Positions 56,574-64,000 of a DNA stretch of 64,000 nt are shown here, piece by piece. Origin of the DNA: Amoebidium appalachense (taxonomy: Eukaryota > Protista > Ichthyosporea); the NCBI GenBank assembly GCA_963693365.1, contig CAVNZM010000004.1, forward strand, positions 9,700,468-9,764,467, written 5' to 3'. A program made the translations under genes and the position numbers. Positions within the stretch are counted from its first letter, which is position 1. Every line of letters begins with the position of its first letter. A model generated the notes under the pieces. The model worked only from the letters and a program-made list of their open reading frames with translations. It ran no database searches and was not told the origin of the DNA.

Positions 56574-59500
56574 TCCCGGCGGACCCTAAGAATTGCGGTG
56601 GAACGATTTCAGGTGGCTGGCCGGGGGCCCCTGCCGGGGCCCTTTTCCCGGAGAGGGATCATCGATCTGGGGCTGAGCGCAAGCGCTCGATCGAGCCCGG
56701 CCGCGGTCACTGCCACCTCCAGCCTCCAGGCTGTGAAATAAAGGGGTTTATGGCCACTGGAACGGAATGTCCCTAACTTTTTAGGTTACAGTAGGTCCAC
56801 CGATTTTTCTACCATTGGCTTTAATACAGGCAAAACTATAAAAAATAACCACAAAAAAACCGTTGGTGGCTCAGACTAGGCTAGGGCCATCCAGGAAGAG
56901 AAAGGGGTGCTAAACTAAAATATATGGCATTAATGGCACCAGCCAAAACGAATTTCGGACTTCACTTTTACTTCGGTCACTTAGCTGTCACGTCAACTTT
57001 TTTTCCCGATTCTTCACCATGGCAGGTATATAAAGGCTTTCGTTTTTTCTTTTTGTGGTGGGAAGGGGCCCCACTCAGGGGAACGTGACACTGTGTGTGT
57101 GTAGTGCGGCCTTGTCTATTCCTACTGCTGTGAGAGTGTGGGGACATCTCCCTTCCGCGGAGTTTCTCGATTGAGGAGTGGTTTCTTCGACATCTGGTGG
57201 CCCACTGCAACTTATTGGCGGTGGGCTGCTGCACCTTCTTCAACTGCTTCTGCGTTGCGTGAGTGGAGGGGTAGCTACTGGGTCGTCGAGGAGCTTTCCT
57301 TGTGGCTGCCGTGTTTTCAGCCTTCAGCAGTATGGCAATGACTGGGTTTGCTTGCATGCATTCTGTAGTTGTGTTTTCCTGTGTGTCCTGCCACAACTAG
57401 GCCACCTTATCAAAGAGTTAGAGACAGCTTCTGCGGGTTTTCTAGGGGACGGGCCCGTGGGGATTGTTTTCTCGCTCGGATTTGGTCTGCATTGCTCTTT
57501 AATTAAAGGGCTGACTTGCTTGCTGTGCCCCGGTTGGCTTTGAGGAGGGCCTGTAGGGGGGCAGCAGTAATGATGTCTTCTTGCGGAGTGTGACCTGGTC
57601 ATCATCGATGCATATGACTAGTTGGAGCAAACTAGTTTCACGCATACACGTGCACTTGTACCTTTGCCCGCTGGTGTCCTTTGGTCACTTGTTGTTTTAT
57701 TTTTTATTTCATCGCTGTGGCTCTTTCGAAGTCGGTTATTTTGGTGGTCATGTAGCCTGTGGCTGCATGTTGCCTTCATATCCACTGGACCACTGATCAA
57801 TAAATCCCAGTCAAGGGAAAATTTCACACCCTGAGTGACAACCGTCAGAGTAGACTAGTCCCACGCAGTAGGCACTGGCTGGTAGGCCGCTGGCCCGCTG
57901 CACGGCACAGAAAAAGCGCTTTTCCCAGCTAGCAGTCCACAAGACAAAACCAATTCCGATTGTTTTAAGCAAGCACCAATAGGTCCCCCGAAACTCCTTC
58001 GATCGGAGGGATTTTGCCAAATTGCGCCAGGTGGCCGAGTTCAAGTCATGGCCGCATACGGCCATGACAACTTCTACGTACACGGAACTGCATGCCTGCA
58101 ACTCTTGCTAAAAAATCAAAATTAAAAATTGTAGCTCTTATAATTGAATGACCGACAATATTTCACACTAGGTGCAGGTTTTGGGCTTTAGATGCAGTGG
58201 CAAGATAAGAATAATTACAAAACGAGAATTGAAAATGTCAAGATCTGGCCGCAGCTCGACCCAGCGACTGCGGCTTTTTCACGCAACGGATGCGGAACGG
58301 CGGCTCTTTACAGGCTCACGCGGCTAAAATAAATCAACAAAACTATTTTATTTAGGCCCAGCCTTCATTTTTCATTTGTCTTTTGGCTGCCGGTTTTTGT
58401 GCTGGGCTACAAAGAGCGTACAGGCCTGACGGTATATTTTTAGAGCAAAAACTATAGGAGAGAACTGTGCACTGGGAGCTAGATTTTTGTGCATTGCCGA
58501 ATCGGCATGGCCGAAATGTTGACGAGCCATGTGATTGGTCAGCCAGCAAGCCAATCCAACCGCCCAAAACGATCACAGTGCTCGCGTCTCTGATGGGGAA
58601 ACAATTGAGGGATCAAAACTTCAACTTCAAAAACAAGTTTTGCATTGAAAATGAGCTCTGATGAATGTGTTCCCGCGCTTCGTGTGATATGCATTAACAG
58701 GGTAATTCTGTTTTTAACTTGCGCCCAAACCATTATGAATTTGTGATCAGTAAGCTTGCGTAGGCCAATGAAACGGATGGATCAGGCTAGGGTTTCTATT
58801 GGATAGGGAAGAAGCGGTGTAAAAGAGCCATTCTGAATCAACACCATGGGTCCATGACGAGAGATATACAAACATATCAGGCATTCCGCTAGTCGTGTAT
58901 GATGCTTTTGGGCATGATATCTGTCCAAAAATTAATATTGTCAAACTACATATCATGGGAAATTAGTAAACGTTTGTCTATCTCACTGATATCGACAAGG
59001 GCACGCGATTATCATATAATATCAATTGGATTCGCGGGAGCTATTCAAAGTTTCTGAAGCGTCCGCTTATTATTGAAAGGTTAGCGGGCTTCAAACCATA
59101 CCTGTTTGTAAAAAAAACCAATTTTTATTTATTTTTTCATTACAAATCATTTATATTATTTAAAATAATGAATGTGTGGCTATTTCGAGGTTCGTTCTTA
59201 CTTGTGTAAGAGCACTGAAGTTCGAAAACATTCTTTTCTGCATCGCTCTATGTGATAGCGATCATTCTGCGCTTGAGTGGCTAGCTTATGGACCAATTGA
59301 TCCGGCCTGCAAAAGTACCCGGAAATATCTAGCCCAAATTTCTTATCTTACCTTTTGATGAACTTTCAACACAGATCCTGATCAGCATTTCAAGGCCAGC
59401 TATCAGCTGCGTGTAAGATGAATATATAATGGTATTTGGTCCAGAGCCAATATGTCAATAATAATCATACGTAATTTGTAATCATAAAATGTCTAGTGTA

Positions 59501-60066
59501 TAAATTTTCGAATAAGAGCATTTTCCCCGCATGCATGAATGGCCAAGTTAATTGAACTTCAATTTCACAACAGGAGATATCTCTGAGATCGATTTGCTTG
59601 TAACCAGGAAATATTGACAGTGTGCCGCAACACTGCCGTGTGACACAAAGGCTCGTCCCCCGCTCACCAAGCCCACTCACAGCGACCCACCTATATATAT
59701 CGTTTTTCAAGTTGTGTTTTGGGTAGAAGCCCTTTCCCATTGTAATTACCTTTCCCTTTTTTTTCTGACTATTTAGGTTTTTTTATAGAATATATAAGGC
59801 TCTTCTTTGGGAGAGGGTGTTGAAAGGTGTAGAAAAACCGCGGGGAAGAAAGGCAAAAAGCAGCTTGAAAGCGGTGGTGTGGGTCGTCCAGTTGGTCTCA
59901 ACAGTTTCGCTTTTCACATCCACACAGTTGTTCAAGTTGTCAATAGTTCGAATTAAATTAGAAACAGGGAAACAGCTTCAGTAATAACTGTTTATTTACT
60001 CATATTATATTCTAGTAAAACTTGGTACGTTTTGTTGTAGCCGTTTTGCCTCTTTCTTTCTATTCA

Positions 60067-60159
60067 ATGTATAGTGGACTTGACACTCGACGAAATGACG
60101 CAGTGGTGATTGTAAAACACGCGCTCGAATTTCGGCTTCCCGAGACTCTACTTAAACAG
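60067..60159 (+). other. Possible first exon of a plus-strand gene that continues toward or beyond the window end
   Basis: ATG at 60067, open to a strong donor CAG|GTAAGC at 60160; TATA-like sequences at ~59691 and ~59791; downstream DNA has the intron-like G/C/CA composition. No downstream exon identified. Confidence 0.25.
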
Positions 60160-61386
60160 GTAAGCAGGGCGTGCCCACGATGTGTTTGTCTGAACAAAAA
60201 GGTGTTTCTTTGTATTGAGGCTTTTTTTTGAATGCCTTGCAGCTTGCAGGGATGATATACTCCACTTCCCCAACGCTCTCATGAAGTTTTCCTGTTGTTT
60301 TGCATAGTTCTGGACACAAGCAAGTTGTGTTTTCTCTTTCCATGGTAGGCATCTTATCTGTTTTACCCCCGTCTGTTCGTTTTACATTGTTGACTTGGGT
60401 TATTTATAGCGAAGACCATACACTGTGCACTACTGTCGTTTTTTTGCCCACCTGCCCTCGCTAATTTAAAGGAACTCTAAGGCCTTCTATGTCACTGCAG
60501 TTTTGCATTCCGCATGCAAATTTTAAACATTAGAGAACACGAGTAAGGAAATGATGCAGTAGGCACAAAGTGGCCAGATAACATTTTAGCCACACACATG
60601 CCCTTTCTTAATTGTGGAGGATTTTTATGATCCTTGTCGTAATCTGTTCCAAGTTTTGAGTCACTACTACTGTGATTAAGAAATTCTTACTTTGCCCGGG
60701 CGCATACATGATGAAGTTCACACGGATGCGCCGCAAACACACCACGTTCAGCATCCTTCTAAATCACACAAACGTAGCGATGCTCACGTGCACACGCACA
60801 CGCGCGCGCGTGCGCGCACACACACACACAAGCACGCACGCACACACACACGCACACACTTGCGACTTAAACCTGCTATATACACACACACAACCAACAC
60901 ATCATGCACATGTGAGTGTTGGCCTATTATATTATCCTCCTGTGTTCACGATGCTTCATGTTATCGGTAGTGTGCTCTAGACCAACAGATGTATGAAGTA
61001 TCTGAGTGTGTTATGGTCTGTTATGAAGTTTGCCACAACCCATGAATACCGTTCTACTTTAAGACAAGTTAACCTTATATCGGTTATTGCATTGTTATTT
61101 GCTATTTCCTGCTTTGTAGCAACTTAGAAAGTCCACCTGTATTTTCTTTAACTGTGTTCATTACAGTTAATTGGTTCGTCGCTCTGGCCTTGTGCTTTCT
61201 ACATCTGTAAACGGCTTGATTAATAATTGTCGGTGTGGTTAATGCATGCTTGCATCTTTTATGCATAGCTAATTTATGCATAGACAGCAGCTTGCTAAGT
61301 CGTGTGAAATGCATGTTGCTTGCTTCCTCCGTTTCTTCTATTCATTTTGAGTTATAAGAGGAAAAAAACAGACCGCTGTGGTGTGT

Positions 61387-61428
<42 letters not shown>

Positions 61429-62029
61429 ATCATTTTCGCTGTAAGCAATGATAAATTTGCATAGGTCAATGAAATCCGGTAAAGAGTTGTGTGTCGCTAA
61501 CACTGGTGGTTCCTAATTTTTTTATTTTATTTTTTTATATTTTATTTTATCACGTTTGCCATATGGGGTTAACGTTTTCTCTACACCTCAGTGGAAGTCT
61601 AGAGCACGTAGTTTCTATAATGATCCCCTGTAGCATTTTCCTATCTTTATTCCACTCTTCTTACCCTTTACTATGGTTAGAATGGGTAGGTTTAACAGGT
61701 CCAGGCAAAGAGATGGGTCAATATAGTGGTGATTGGACTTTGGTGCAATAGTTCCGAGCCCCAGTTTCCTCTTTTATTGATTGTTGTTGCCATTTTTTTT
61801 AAAGTTCATTGTTGTTGCTGATGTTACTATTGCTTGTAGTTGCTGTAACGAAAGTTAATTATTACGTTATAAGTATTATCATTGTTGTTGTGAATGCTAT
61901 TGCTACTGCTACTACTACTACTACTACTGCCCTACTGCTACTATGGGTTTTGCTTTCTTTTCTTTTTGTTTCAAATTTATCATGTGATGTTTCTTGGTGG
62001 TGACGGCGGTGGTGGTGGGGTTTTTTTTT

Positions 62030-62092
<63 letters not shown>

Positions 62093-62236
62093 TATATCAG
62101 TAAGCGGTATTTATGTACACATTATACCAAAGAAAGTAGAAGATTAGAGCCGGGAGGTGGTGGGGGGAGGGGGGGGGGGGGGGGGGTAGGGGAGGAGGTG
62201 TGTGTGTATGTGGGCAGGGGGAGGGGGTGGGTGGGT

Positions 62237-62269
<33 letters not shown>

Positions 62270-62494
62270 GGTTGGTTGGTTGGTAGAAACACCCTAATTA
62301 TTTTATTTGGATGTGCAAAAGAGTGTTCACGACGGGTGGGTCGAGGGGTAGCCGTTGGTCTCTCACCTTTAGACTACCTCTGATCTTCATACCCCCCCAC
62401 TCCTTCCTGACTTGGTCGATTTTTTTGTATGAGTTTTCGTTTTTTGTCTTGTGAAGTCTCATCCCCCCCCCCCTCTCCCAAACAAAAAAAAGAA

Positions 62495-62527
<33 letters not shown>

Positions 62528-62778
62528 TAAGAAGAAGAAGGAAAAGAAAGAAAGAAACGGAGAAAACTACTACTACACCCCATTCTCTCTCTTACTCTCT
62601 CTCCTCGTTCCCCGTCACTCACCATCTGCGTGTTTCCTTTTTTAGGAATGGACCAACAAGTGGGCTGGGGCCAAGGTGGCCCCCCACCCCCACCCGATAA
62701 CCACCACCATCAGGTATTGGTCTCCCCCCCCCCCCCCCCCTCCCCCCCCCCCCCCCCCCCCTCCCCCCCCCCCCCAAA

Positions 62779-62811
<33 letters not shown>

Positions 62812-62937
62812 GAAAAAAGAAAAAAGAAAAAAAAAGGACTTACTACTTGTAGATCCCCACCCCCCCACACACATTCCCCCCAGACATGCACACACACACA
62901 CACACACTCACACACTCACTCATTCACTGACACACAC

Positions 62938-62995
<58 letters not shown>

Positions 62996-63605
62996 CACAC
63001 ACACACACACATTTTTTATCGAGGAAAGTGAAAAAAAGGAAAGGGGGGAGAACCACTCACACACTCACTCATACACACTCACACGCACACATACCTATTA
63101 GCTAACATAAGAAAATAGAAGAAAAGGAGAAGGGGAAACAGACGAAGATAGCGGAGAAGAAAGAAGGAGGGCGAAAAGAGAATAGAGCGAAAGAATTTGG
63201 TAAAGAAAGTAAAGAAAAGAGGGAGGAAGTGAGGGGGGGGGGGGGGGGGGGGGGAAGGGAGCGACAAAAAAATAAGGAGGGTTAGCGTAAAAGAAAAAAG
63301 AAAGAAACAGCATCTCCCTGTGAAAAAGGAATACCCACACCTACCCAACACCGACAGTAGGGAAGGAGAAGACGGGGGAGGAGGGGGGGGGGGGGGGGGG
63401 GGGATTTGGGAGGGTAATTATGCGTGAAGCTGCATGTCGTTTGAAGGTGGGAGTCACGAGGTAAAGCTCTTAGGCCGAAAGCCGTCCACATTTCTGTTTT
63501 CCACAAAGAAAAATAAGGAAGAAAGAAAGTAAGAAAGGGAGAAGAATTTGATAGGCTTCTTGTTTCCTGATCCACCGCAGAGGGTGCAGGATGTAGTCTG
63601 CGTGT

Positions 63606-63654
<49 letters not shown>

Positions 63655-64000
63655 TGTCTGGTATGTCTGTGTGTGTGTGTGTGTGGAGGTTGGGAGGGGG
63701 GAGGGGGGGGTAGGGGGGGTAGGGGGGTGGGCAACAACAGCAAGGGGGCCTGTCGAACATCACATGAGAAGTGGGGGAGGGGCGGGGTTGGGCACCAACA
63801 CAACCGCATAGAGTTAGTTTATACAGCTCTTACATGCCCAATATGTCTGATCTCTCACCTAGACAGATATATGCATTCACACATGCTCACTTTCTTCTCT
63901 TTCCCTCCTCTTTTTTTCCCTCTTCCTTCTTTTACCTCTTTTTTCTTTCCCTCTTTCTTTATTTTCGCCTTTTCTTTCTTTCCCTTTCCAATGTGAGGTC

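Overview
Eukaryotic, intron-rich genomic DNA, probably from a unicellular opisthokont (the holozoan/ichthyosporean-like assignment is inference only). Introns and spacers are saturated with (CA)n/(TG)n and poly-C/poly-G tracts, so nearly all ORF-track entries are artefacts. By hand-splicing I find seven protein genes: a GPR1/FUN34/YaaH (SatP) acetate transporter; two intronless paralogues with a PH/PTB(FERM-C)-like domain; a 13-exon bacterial-type S9 peptidase with one probable GC-AG intron; an EEP (CCR4/nocturnin-like) phosphoesterase with an EF-hand-like insert; a Q-rich GATA factor with an apparent frameshift; and a 7-exon mitochondrial dicarboxylate carrier. The most striking unexplained signal is a ~280-nt structured repeat with compensatory base changes and a possible pseudoknot. 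It occurs about 8 times, only inside introns of four different genes and always in the host-sense orientation. Copies are mostly 5'-truncated, and most end at or close to a poly-C tract. Many 3' splice sites have (CA)n in place of a polypyrimidine tract. Also present are a TIR/TSD MITE that interrupts a relic exon, a ~420-bp foldback palindrome, and tandem amplifications of a splice donor.
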